64,000 bases of DNA from NCBI GenBank assembly GCA_963823665.1, contig CAWGMQ010000010.1, forward strand, positions 1,344,001-1,408,000. Direction: 5' to 3'. The notes under the pieces were generated by a model, which saw only the letters and a program-made list of their open reading frames with translations, was not told where the DNA came from and ran no database searches. The DNA is from an uncultured Planctomycetota bacterium. Its GTDB lineage: Bacteria; Planctomycetota; Planctomycetia; Isosphaerales; Isosphaeraceae. Made by a program: the position numbers and the translations under genes. This document shows positions 32,295 through 42,200 of the stretch, one piece after another (the first letter of the stretch is position 1; the number at the start of each line of letters is the position of its first letter).

Positions 32295-34574
32295 TCATTC
32301 CCGCAACGGGATGACCTGGCTCCGCAGAGTCTTGTACTCCTTCTCAAACTCGGTGATCTCGATCGCCTGATTCACCGCCACGTCGTGGAACACCTGCGTG
32401 GTCGCACTCGTGGGCCAGTCAATCTGAAGCATCGCAACCCGATCGGCCTTGCCCAGCCCGATTGTCTGCCGCAGCGGGTTGGCTCCGAAGCTCGAGCCTG
32501 ACGTCACGTGGCGATAAACGGTGAGCGGCTCCTTGAGGGCGGTCACCACCTTGATCCGCGCGCCGATTGCGGCGCAGTTGGTCGTCTTCCCCACCAGCTT
32601 GACGGTGATCCAGTTGTTTCCCTGACCGGGGTTCTGGAACATGATGTTGTGATATTTGTCACCATCGATGGCACCGCCCATCTCGATGAAGATATCAACG
32701 TCACCGTCGTTGTCCCAGTCGCCGCAGGCGACGCCGTGGCCTTTTTGAAGGTGGCCCGTACGCGAGGTTCCAGTAATATCGGCGAATCGCTTGCCCCCCA
32801 CGTTCTTGAACATCCGGTTCGGGATCAGCAACGACAGGGTGGGGTCGCCGGTGCCCAGGTAGAAGTCGAGCCAGCCGTCGTTGTCGAAGTCGCCGAAGTT
32901 GCAGCCCATCGTGGCAAAGACCATGTCCAGGCCCGATTCCGCGATCACATTGTCGAACCCCTTGCCGCCTCGGTTGTGGAACAGTCTCGGAGAGTCTCTG
33001 CGATGTTTGCGGCCCACCAGGCCGCGAACGACGTCGTCCAGCGTGCGGTCGTACGACGTGGCGAAGATGTCGAGCCAGCCGTCGTTATCATAATCCCAGC
33101 TCCAGCACGCAAAGCCGCCGCGCGGGCCGTCGATTCCCATTTCGCGGGTGACCTGGGCGAATCTCCCGTTCCTCTCGTTATGGTAAAGCTGGGCGAGCCC
33201 GGTCAGGCTGTCGACGAAAAGGTCCGGATAGCGATCGTTATCGTAGTCGATCCAGGTGCAGCCCTTGTAAAAGCCCTGGCCCTTCCCATCGACTCCCGCT
33301 CCGGCGGCGACCTCGATGAACGTGCCGTCGCGGCGATTGCGGTACAGCCGGTTCGGCTGTCTTTCGCACGCGACGAAGAGGTCGAGCCAGCCGTCATTGT
33401 CGTAATCGGCCCAGGCCGCTGCATTGGAATTGACGGGGTCGAGCAAGCCCGACTCCGCCGTGACGTCGGTGAACCGTCCGCCGCCGTCATTTCGCAGGAG
33501 GGAGGGCCGCACCGGGTGCGGCAGCCAGGCGCCGCGGGGAATGTACACGTCCAGCCGGCCGTCGTTGTTGTAATCGGTCTGGTAGCAGACCAGTCCGCCG
33601 AGCTGCCCCGTCAGTCCCGCGGCTTGGCTGCGGTCTTCGAACTTCCCGTCGCCTCGGTTGTGGTAGAACGCCATCGACCCGGCCGGATCCATCGTGGTGA
33701 CCGCGATATCGAGCAGCGAGTCGCCGTCGAAGTCGTCCATGATCGCGCCGCCAGCCTGGTTCAAACGATTCACCCCCAGCAGGTGCCCGACGTCGCGGAA
33801 CTCGCCGATATTGAGCTCGGAATGCAGAAACCTGTCGAGATCGAGCAAATAGCGGCGATCGACCTTCGACGGGTATTCCCCGAGTGTCATGTGCGCGACG
33901 CTCAGGAGCCACTTGACCCCGAGATCGTCGGGAAACTGCTCGAGGTACTCGGTGAAGTACCCGATCGCCATCCGCGATCCCTCGGGCCTTGAGTGCATGG
34001 CCGCGGCATTGATCGGAACGATGCACGAGCTCTCGCCGCGGCAGAGGATGCAATTCTCGTTCTCGCCCAGGCGCATCGCCGAGACGCCCTGGAAGAAGAT
34101 CACGCTGTACAGCCACCTTCGCTCGAGCGAGTCGCGACCGGCGAGCCAGGCTCGGGTTTCCTCGAGGGCTGCCGACGAGCGCCCCTGATCCGCCTCGTAC
34201 TGGTAGATCGCCGCCTTGACGAGCCGGAGAAAGACCTGCTCTTCTTCACTGACCGAGGGCGTCTCGAGCGCCGCGTCGATCCGAGCGAGCTCACGCGAGC
34301 CGGCCGTGCGGAAGACCTCGCGTATCTCCCCGAGCGATGCCGACTCCCGCCATGGCTCGAGCCCCGGCGAGAGCAAGGAGAAGCCGCTCGTGTCGAAGGG
34401 ATTCCGCTCGTTGTAGGGCAAGTGCGAGCGCTTCCTCCCGCCTTTCGTCAAAAGCGAGTGGCCGTAAGCGAGCCATCCGGCCGCGCCGACGAGGCTCGCG
34501 AGCAAGAGCGAGAGAACGACGCCGATGGCGGTGACGGAACGCCCCGTCGACCCAACATCTGTTTTCATCGGCAC
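32295..34574 (-). CDS. CRTAC1-family protein (N-terminal TM, helical Cys-motif domain, FG-GAP/VCBS repeats, ASPIC/UnbV C-terminus), paralog 3
   Basis: Repeated DYDNDG.LD motifs; QKGHGV; AIGARIKV..SGSSFGANP..GLG..WP. Confidence 0.9.
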   Translation of the reverse strand: MPMKTDVGSTGRSVTAIGVVLSLLLASLVGAAGWLAYGHSLLTKGGRKRSHLPYNERNPFDTSGFSLLSPGLEPWRESASLGEIREVFRTAGSRELARIDAALETPSVSEEEQVFLRLVKAAIYQYEADQGRSSAALEETRAWLAGRDSLERRWLYSVIFFQGVSAMRLGENENCILCRGESSCIVPINAAAMHSRPEGSRMAIGYFTEYLEQFPDDLGVKWLLSVAHMTLGEYPSKVDRRYLLDLDRFLHSELNIGEFRDVGHLLGVNRLNQAGGAIMDDFDGDSLLDIAVTTMDPAGSMAFYHNRGDGKFEDRSQAAGLTGQLGGLVCYQTDYNNDGRLDVYIPRGAWLPHPVRPSLLRNDGGGRFTDVTAESGLLDPVNSNAAAWADYDNDGWLDLFVACERQPNRLYRNRRDGTFIEVAAGAGVDGKGQGFYKGCTWIDYDNDRYPDLFVDSLTGLAQLYHNERNGRFAQVTREMGIDGPRGGFACWSWDYDNDGWLDIFATSYDRTLDDVVRGLVGRKHRRDSPRLFHNRGGKGFDNVIAESGLDMVFATMGCNFGDFDNDGWLDFYLGTGDPTLSLLIPNRMFKNVGGKRFADITGTSRTGHLQKGHGVACGDWDNDGDVDIFIEMGGAIDGDKYHNIMFQNPGQGNNWITVKLVGKTTNCAAIGARIKVVTALKEPLTVYRHVTSGSSFGANPLRQTIGLGKADRVAMLQIDWPTSATTQVFHDVAVNQAIEITEFEKEYKTLRSQVIPLRE

Positions 34575-34588
34575 GTTCCTCGCTCTTC

Positions 34589-34610
34589 GTAGGGTCCGCC
34601 GTTGCGGACC
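34589..34610 (+). repeat. GTAG-type REP-like palindrome, copy 3
   Basis: GTAGGGTCCGC-CGTT-GCGGACC between CRTAC1 paralogs. Confidence 0.75.
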
Positions 34611-34626
34611 ATTCCCGCCGGTGTGC

Positions 34627-36891
34627 TCACTCCGGCAATGGGATCACCACATTCCGCACCGTCTTGTACGCCTTCTCAAATTCAATGATCTCGATCGCCT
34701 GATTCACCGCCAGATCGCGGAACACCTGCGTCGTCCCACTGGTAGGCCACTCGATCCACACTTCCGCAATCCGATCGGCCTTCCCCACACCGATCGTCTG
34801 CCGCAGCGGATTCGCGCCGAAACTGCTGCCGGACGTCACGTGGCGATAAATCGTGATCGCCTCCTTTCCCCCCGTCACCACCTTGATCCGCGCACCAATC
34901 GCAGCGCGGTTGGTCTTCTTGCCCACCAGCTCGAGCGTGATCCAGTTGTTCCCCTGGCCGGGATTTTGGAACATGATATTATGATATTTGTCCCCATTTA
35001 GTGCACCGCCCATCTCGATGAAGATGTCGATGTCGCCGTCATTGTCCCAGTCGCCGCAGGCAACGCCGTGGCCTTTCTGAAGGTGGCCAGTGCCGGAGCT
35101 GCCGGTGATCTCCTCGAACCGGCCGTCCGACCGGTTCCGGAACATCCGGTTCGGCACCAGCGTGCTAAGATCCGGGTCGCCGGTGCCCAGGTAGAAGTCG
35201 AGCCAGCCGTCGTTGTCGAAGTCGCCGAAGTTGCAGCCCATCGTGGCAAAGACCATATCCAGCCCCGATTCCGCAATCTTGTTCTCAAAACCCTTGCCGG
35301 CGTTGTTGCGAAAAAGTCGCGACGAGATTCGCGAATGCTTGCGGCCGACCAGTCCGCGCACGACGTCGCCGAGCGTTCGATCGTATGAGTTCGCGAAGAT
35401 GTCGAGCCAGCCGTCGTTGTCGTAGTCCCAGCTCCAGCAGGCGAACCCGCCGCGCGGGCCGTCGATTCCCATGTCGCTGCTCACGTCGCGGAAGCTTCCG
35501 TCCCGATCGTTATGAAAAAGCCTCGCCACGCCGCTCAAGGAGCTCACGAACAGGTCCGGATAGCGGTCGTTGTCGTAGTCAATCCACGTGCAGCCCTTGT
35601 ATTCCTGCTTCTGCCCTTGGACGCCCGCCCGCGCCGCCACGTCTTCGAACGTGCCGTCGCGGCGATTGTGAAACAGCCGGTTCGGCTGCTTCTCGCAGGC
35701 GACGAAGAGGTCGAGCCAGCCGTCATTGTCGTAATCGGCCCACGCGGCCGCGATCGAATTGACCGCAACCTCGAGCCCCGCTTCGGCCGTGACGTCCGTG
35801 AACCGTCCGCCGCCGTCATTGCGCAAGAGTGAAGGCCGCACCGGGTGCGGCAGCCACGCGCCCCGTGGAATGAACACGTCCAGCCGGCCGTCGTTGTTGT
35901 AGTCGGTCTGGTAGCAGACCAGTCCGCCGAGCTGCCCCGCCAGTCCCGCGGCTTGGCTGCGGTCTTCAAACGTTCCATCGCCCCGGTTGTGGTAGAACGC
36001 CATCGCCCCGGCCGGGTCCATCGTCGTCACCACGACATCCAGCAGCGAGTCGCCGTCGAAGTCGTCCATGATCGCGCCGCCGGCCTGGTTCAGACGATTG
36101 AGACCCAGCAAGTGCCCGACATCACGGAACTTGCCGATCCCCGCACGCGGATGCAGAAAGCCGTCAAGATCGAGCCGATAACGCGGGTCAACCTTCGACG
36201 GGAACTCGCCCAGCGTCATGTGGGCGACGTTCAAGAGCCACTTGACGCCGATGTCGTCGGGAAACCGCTCGAGATACTCGGTGAAATACCCGATTGCCGC
36301 CCGCGACCCGTCGGGTTTGGTATGCACCGCCGCCTGGTTGATCGGAACAATGCAAGAGCTCTCGCCGCGGCAGAGAATGCAGTTCTCATTCTCCCCCAGC
36401 CGCATCGCCGATACGCCCTGGAAGAAGATCACGCTGTAGAGCCACTGCTCCGCAACGGCATCGTGGCTTTCGAGCCAGATCCGGGCTTCCTCGAGCGCCG
36501 CCGAACATCTCTTGGGGTCGGCGTCGTACTGGTAGATCGACGCCTTCACCAGCCGAAGCACGATCTGATGCTGGAGGGCGACCGACGGCTTCTCCAGCGT
36601 GGCGTCGATCTGCGCGATGTCGCGCTCCCCGGCCCCGCGGAACGCATCCCGCACTTCCTCGAGCGTCGCCGATTCCTTCCATCGTGGCAGCGCCGGCAAG
36701 ACCGCCGAGAAGCCGCCGGTATCAATGGCCTTCCGCTCCTTGTAGGCCAGGTTCGGCCGCCGGCTCGCGGCCGGCTTCATCTTTGCCGCCGCATAACGCA
36801 GCCACAACATCGCGCCGCCCGAACAGGCGAGCATCACCCCCAGCGTGACCGCGATCAAGGTAGTCGACCGGTGTTTTCGTTCCATATCCAC
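34627..36891 (-). CDS. CRTAC1-family protein, paralog 2
   Basis: Same architecture; long stretches identical to the neighbouring paralogs. Confidence 0.9.
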   Translation of the reverse strand: MDMERKHRSTTLIAVTLGVMLACSGGAMLWLRYAAAKMKPAASRRPNLAYKERKAIDTGGFSAVLPALPRWKESATLEEVRDAFRGAGERDIAQIDATLEKPSVALQHQIVLRLVKASIYQYDADPKRCSAALEEARIWLESHDAVAEQWLYSVIFFQGVSAMRLGENENCILCRGESSCIVPINQAAVHTKPDGSRAAIGYFTEYLERFPDDIGVKWLLNVAHMTLGEFPSKVDPRYRLDLDGFLHPRAGIGKFRDVGHLLGLNRLNQAGGAIMDDFDGDSLLDVVVTTMDPAGAMAFYHNRGDGTFEDRSQAAGLAGQLGGLVCYQTDYNNDGRLDVFIPRGAWLPHPVRPSLLRNDGGGRFTDVTAEAGLEVAVNSIAAAWADYDNDGWLDLFVACEKQPNRLFHNRRDGTFEDVAARAGVQGQKQEYKGCTWIDYDNDRYPDLFVSSLSGVARLFHNDRDGSFRDVSSDMGIDGPRGGFACWSWDYDNDGWLDIFANSYDRTLGDVVRGLVGRKHSRISSRLFRNNAGKGFENKIAESGLDMVFATMGCNFGDFDNDGWLDFYLGTGDPDLSTLVPNRMFRNRSDGRFEEITGSSGTGHLQKGHGVACGDWDNDGDIDIFIEMGGALNGDKYHNIMFQNPGQGNNWITLELVGKKTNRAAIGARIKVVTGGKEAITIYRHVTSGSSFGANPLRQTIGVGKADRIAEVWIEWPTSGTTQVFRDLAVNQAIEIIEFEKAYKTVRNVVIPLPE

Positions 36892-36896
36892 TCTTA

Positions 36897-36918
36897 GTGG
36901 GGTCCGCCATTGCGGACC
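36897..36918 (+). repeat. REP-like palindrome, copy 4 (GTGG variant)
   Basis: GTGGGGTCCGC-CATT-GCGGACC between CRTAC1 paralogs. Confidence 0.7.
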
Positions 36919-36934
36919 GTCCCGCGCGGTCGCC

Positions 36935-39223
36935 TCATTCCGCCAATCGGATCACCGCAGTCTGAAGCGTCTTGTAATCGCCCTCGCCCTCGGTGATCTC
37001 GATCGCTCGATTCACCGGCACATCCCGAAAAACCTGATGGGTCGAACTCGTCGGCCAGTCAATTCGCAGCTCGGCAAGCCGCTCCGCCTTGCCCAGCCCG
37101 ATCGTTTGCCGAAGCGGATTGGCCCCGAAGCTCGAGCCCGAGGTCACGTGCCGGTAAACCCGCATCGGCTCCTTACCCTCCGTCACCGCCATGATCCGCG
37201 CGCCGATCGCCGCGCGATTCGTCTGCTTGCCCACCAGCTTCACAGTCAGCCAGTGGTTCCCCTGGCCGGGATTTTGAAAGAGCACATTATGATATTTGTC
37301 CCCGTTGACAGCACCGCCGGTCTCGATGAAGATGTCGATGTCGCCGTCGTTGTCCCAGTCGCCGCAGGCCACGCCGTGGCCCTTCTGAAGGTGGCCCGTC
37401 CCGGTGCCCCCGGTGATCTCGGCGAATCGCTTGCCCCCCACGTTCTTGAACATCCGGTTGGGGACGAGCATCGCCAGGTTGGGGTCGCCCGTGCCCAGGT
37501 ACATGTCCAGCCAGCCGTCGTTGTCGAAGTCCGCGAAGTTGCACCCCATCGTCGCGAATACCATGTCGAGCCCGGCTTCCCGCGTCTTGTCCTCGAATCC
37601 CTTGCCCTCTTTGTTGCGATACAGCCGGTTGCTCTTGCGCGTGTGCTCCTGGCCCAGCAGCCCGCGCACCACATCTTTCAAAGTAAGATCATATGAAGTA
37701 GCAAAGATGTCGATCCAGCCGTCGTTGTCGTAGTCCCACGCCCAGCATGGAAAGCCCGTGAACGGCCCGTCGATTCCCATTTCTTCGCTCACGTTCTTGA
37801 ACGTTCCGTCGCCGTTGTTTCTGTACAGCCGGCCCTTCCCCGCGAGGTCGTTGAGAAACAGATCCGGAAAGCGGTCGTTGTCGTAGTCGAGCCAGTTGCA
37901 GCCCTTGCAGAACTTCGCCATCTTTTCGTCGACGCCGGCCGCCACGGCGACATCCTTGAACGTCCCGTTTCCCTGGTTGCGATACAGCCGGTTGGGCTGC
38001 CGCTCGCAGGCGACGAACAGGTCCACCCAGCCGTCGTTGTCATAGTCGGCCCACGCCGCCGCGTTCGAGTTGAGCGGGTCGAGCAAACCAGCGTTCCCGG
38101 TGACGTCGACGAAGCTGCCATTGCCGTTGTTCGCGAGCAGCGTCGGGCGCACTGCGTGCGGCACCCACGCCCCGCGCGGGATGTAAATGTCCAGACGGCC
38201 GTCATTGTTGTAGTCGGCCTGGTAGCACACGAGCCCGCCGAACTGGCTCGAGACCCCGGCCGACTCGCTCCGATCCTCGAATCGGCCGTCCCCCGCGTTA
38301 TGGTAGTAAGACATCGACTGCGTGATGTCGTTGCAGGTGACCGCCAGGTCGAGCCGCTCGTCGCCGTCAAAATCGTCCATGATCGCCCCGCCCGACTGAT
38401 TGTAACGGTTCACCCCCACCGCCTCTCCCACGTCGCGGAACTTGCCGATGTCGAATTCCGGATGGGCGAATTTCTCGAGCGAGATCAGGTACCGCGAGTC
38501 CACCCCGTCCGGGTGTTCCCCCAGCGTCATGTGCGCCAGGTTGAGCAGCCACCTGGCTTCGAGGTCGTCGGGAAACCTCGTGAGATACTCCGTGAAGTGC
38601 TTGATCGCCAGCCTCGACCCGTCGGGCTTCGTGTGCACGGCGGCCTGGGAAATCGGCAGGATGCACGAGCTCTCCCCCCGGCACATGATGCAGTTGTCGT
38701 TCTCGCCCTGCCGCAGCGCGGTCGCTCCCTGAAAGTAGATCACCGTGTACAGCCACTGCTCCGCCAGCTTGTCGCGCTCGCCCAGCCACGCGCGCATCCT
38801 CGAGAGCACCTCGTAGGCTCGCCCGGGTTCGGCCTCGTAGTTGAACAGGGACGCCTTGGCCAGTTCGAACACAATCCGGCGATCCTCGGGAAAACCCGGT
38901 TGCGCGAGTTGCCGTTCGATCTTCTCGATGTTGCGGAAGCCCACGCCCTTGAAGACGCGACCGATCTCCTCGAACGTCGCATCGGGCGGCCAGCGGTCGA
39001 GTGTGGGCAGCACCGCGGTGAACCCGCCGGTGTCGACGGGTTTTTTCTCGTGGTACGAGAGTGCTTTGCTTGGGCCTGTTGGTCGATCCGCCGGCTTCCG
39101 CCGATTGGCGATCATCACGGCCGACAGCACCCCCGCTAGCACCAGGCAGCCCAGCACCAGCCAGAGAGCCAAATGCCTCGTCTTGGTGCGCCGAGCCGGC
39201 TGGACGTTGTTGATCGTTGCCAT
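36935..39223 (-). CDS. CRTAC1-family protein, paralog 1
   Basis: Same architecture. Start at ATG 39223, or at GTG 39259 overlapping the upstream stop. Confidence 0.9.
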   Translation of the reverse strand: MATINNVQPARRTKTRHLALWLVLGCLVLAGVLSAVMIANRRKPADRPTGPSKALSYHEKKPVDTGGFTAVLPTLDRWPPDATFEEIGRVFKGVGFRNIEKIERQLAQPGFPEDRRIVFELAKASLFNYEAEPGRAYEVLSRMRAWLGERDKLAEQWLYTVIYFQGATALRQGENDNCIMCRGESSCILPISQAAVHTKPDGSRLAIKHFTEYLTRFPDDLEARWLLNLAHMTLGEHPDGVDSRYLISLEKFAHPEFDIGKFRDVGEAVGVNRYNQSGGAIMDDFDGDERLDLAVTCNDITQSMSYYHNAGDGRFEDRSESAGVSSQFGGLVCYQADYNNDGRLDIYIPRGAWVPHAVRPTLLANNGNGSFVDVTGNAGLLDPLNSNAAAWADYDNDGWVDLFVACERQPNRLYRNQGNGTFKDVAVAAGVDEKMAKFCKGCNWLDYDNDRFPDLFLNDLAGKGRLYRNNGDGTFKNVSEEMGIDGPFTGFPCWAWDYDNDGWIDIFATSYDLTLKDVVRGLLGQEHTRKSNRLYRNKEGKGFEDKTREAGLDMVFATMGCNFADFDNDGWLDMYLGTGDPNLAMLVPNRMFKNVGGKRFAEITGGTGTGHLQKGHGVACGDWDNDGDIDIFIETGGAVNGDKYHNVLFQNPGQGNHWLTVKLVGKQTNRAAIGARIMAVTEGKEPMRVYRHVTSGSSFGANPLRQTIGLGKAERLAELRIDWPTSSTHQVFRDVPVNRAIEITEGEGDYKTLQTAVIRLAE

Positions 39224-39255
39224 CGTGTCAGCTCGATTGTCTCCGGAGCGATCGA

Positions 39256-42200
39256 TCACGGCCCCGCCCCGGCTTTCGCACCTTGCGGCAGCGACCTGGG
39301 CCACTTGCCCTGGTAGGTCACGTTGCGCACTCGCACCTGGGTCTCGTCCGCATAATGAAACAAGCCGAACGATCGCTGATTTTCCGCCTCGATCCGCCGC
39401 TCGTAGATCGCCTGGCCGTTCAGATCGATTGTAACCTTCTCACCCGCGAGCCGCAGCGCCAGGTGGTTCCAGGCTTGCGGCTTGAGGGGCAGCGGCCCGC
39501 TCCCCCGGCGATTCTCCGGCTCGTCACAGACGTTCTCGGGCAACAGGCCCGAGCGCTCGTAGACGCCGTCGGTCAATCGGTGGATCTTCACGCCGCTCGG
39601 CTCGATCAGGAACGCCAGCCGGTCGAGTGCGGGGTGCACCATCAGCTTGCCCGGGTCGAAATAGAACTCGTACTCGACTCGCCCGTCCTCGAGCATCGGC
39701 CGGTGATAGCGCAACACGCTCTCCTGCTTCGTGCCCGCGAGATACTCGTGCACCTTGCCGGAAAGCTCCTCGCCGCGCTGGTTCCAATCAGGGTCGTTGG
39801 CATTGATTTCGCCGTATTCATTGGCCAGCCAGCCGGAGAGGTCGGGAAGCGCCGAGAGCTTGAGCTTCTCGGGAACGCTCGGGTTGCCCGTGATCCTGAT
39901 GCCGCGCGGCACCCGTCTCCGATCCCTGGCAAACGAGCGCGAGCCACGGATCGCGCTCGGCCGGAATGGCAACCTCATACACGTTGCGTCCGTTCACGGA
40001 AGCCGTCATGCGACCATCTTTCACAACAAGCCGGAACGCATACCAGTCGCCCAGCTTCGCCAGCGCCGAGTTGAGCGGCACCTCCGAAATCGGCCGGCCA
40101 AGCTGGAACCGTTCCATGCTCTTCATGTCATTGGCGGGAGCCAGCCCCATCCCGCCGTAGATCACCCGGATCTTGCGTCCCACGATGGACTGTAGCTCGC
40201 AGTCAAGTTGAAAATCCCCGTGAAGGGGCACGCTCAGGTACATCATGTCCACGTCGTGGCCCGGATAGTGCTTCAGCTCGCCGTCATGCGCGTCCCATTG
40301 CGCCAGCGGATTCCCCTGGCCACGGCTTTCGGCCCGATTCTGGGTCACACGCACCCAGCCCGGAAACGTCCCCTGAACGGTCGGCGATGTCCGACCCTCG
40401 TCCTTGTCCTTTTCGGCGAGCGCCAGCACGTGCGCGCGGCGCGCTCGCGGAAGAGCACCTGGTCCCAGACGCGAGTCAAACTCTCGTATGGTCCGTTGGC
40501 CCGCCGTCGCGCGACGGTTTGTTGGACCGGAATGTCCATCATCTGCGCTGCCTGGATGCGCAGTGCCGAGCGCTCGATCGCCCGCGAAGCCAACAGGAGC
40601 TCCGGCCACCGCGCGTAGACCGGTGCCTCGGCGTCGAGCTTCTTGAGCGGTGCCTGGATGGCCGCGATCGTCTTCGCGGCGAGTGTGTCGTCGCCCTGCG
40701 CAATCTGGATGAGACCCAGCAGGACGAGCCGGCCGCGCTCGAACTCCGGTGATTCCGTCCCGCCCTCCGCCTGGACACTCCGCACCCGCCCGGCAAGCTC
40801 GTCCAGCTTGCCGGTGGCCCGTGCCGTGGCCACTAGCTCGAGCGCCGGCGCTGTGATCTCTCCGCCGGTCTCCAGCCTGGTCGCCCCGGCACTCGATGCA
40901 CCGTTAACCGCGGTTGCGTTCGCACTGGGGGCCTCCTTCTCGCACGGTGGTGCCGGGAACGAAGCGCTCGATTCACCCGAAAGCCGCCAGACCGGCCGGT
41001 CCGGCGCTGCAAGCACCCAGGCGGCCAGCCGCTCGTAGCGGTCGTTGGACGTCAGCTTCCGCGCCTCCGCAAGTACGGCTCCGGCCTCGAGCGCGTAGAT
41101 CGACTCGTCAATCAGAGCCCGTCGCGCTCTTCGCTCCGCCACCGAATCGCCCGCTCCCCCGGACGAAGCCAGGTTGGCCTTTTGCGCGGAAGAAAGCGCC
41201 TGCGGCCACCGCCCCCGCAGCACGACGTTCCGCGCCCGCGCCGCGGTGTGGTCCTTGAAATGAAAGAAGCTGAACTGCCGTGACAAACCGGCCTCGAGCG
41301 GTTGCTCGTAGATCGTCTGGCCATTGAGCTCGAGCGTCGCCTTCCCGGCTTCGATGGCGAGAGCCAGCCGGTTCCAATCGCCTCGTTTGAGCGGCAGCAC
41401 TTTCGGCCCACGGCGATTCTGCGGTTCCTCGGCCGTGTTGTCAGCGGGCAGCCCGGAGAGGTCCGAGTAGCTATCTTCGGTCATCCAGTGCAGCCGCACT
41501 CCGCCCGGCTCGACCAGAAACACGAGCCGGTCGAGCGCCGGGTGCACCATCACCTGATCGGGTTCATAAAGGAACTCATAGGAGAGAACATCCCCATCGT
41601 GAAGTGGACGGAAGTAGCAAAGCCGGCTCTGATCGGCTTCGGAGATGCTGCCGTCCTGCATGGCTCGCGCACGCTGCGTGTCTGCAAAGATTCGCCGCCC
41701 GTGGATCACGCCGTACGACGCCGACCAGTCGAAGGCGTCGAGGTCGGCCGGCTCGGCCTTCCTCTCGCTGCTCCGGGTTCGCCGATTTGGCACGCCGCCT
41801 CGAGAGCCCGCTCGATTATTCACGCGGTTGCCGTACGGGTCGATCATCGTCGCCCAGAGACGCCCGGGCACGCTCTCGTTATAGAATGAGGTGATCCAAC
41901 CGTCGAGCCGGCTTCCCTCGCACAGCTTGAGCTCACGCGGAATGGTCGGCTCGCCCGAAAGCGTGAGCCCTCGCCACACCGCGTGGCGGTCGCGATGCGT
42001 GAAGAGGCCCAGCCACGGTGCCGTCGGGCCGGGGTCCTCGTCCTCGAAGTAGAGATGGCCGTTGACCAGGTACCGAACGCGCCCCGGGCTCACCTGCACC
42101 GTCATCCTGTTGAAGCCGTCACGGCGCGACAGTCGCGACGGCAAGTTCACCGACTGCAAATCACCGACCTGAGAGATCTGGGAATTCCCCTGGAAGGAGG

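Noticed and set aside
33990..34055. c-type heme motif in the CRTAC1 paralogs
   Set aside because: The sequence is CxxCR, not CxxCH.
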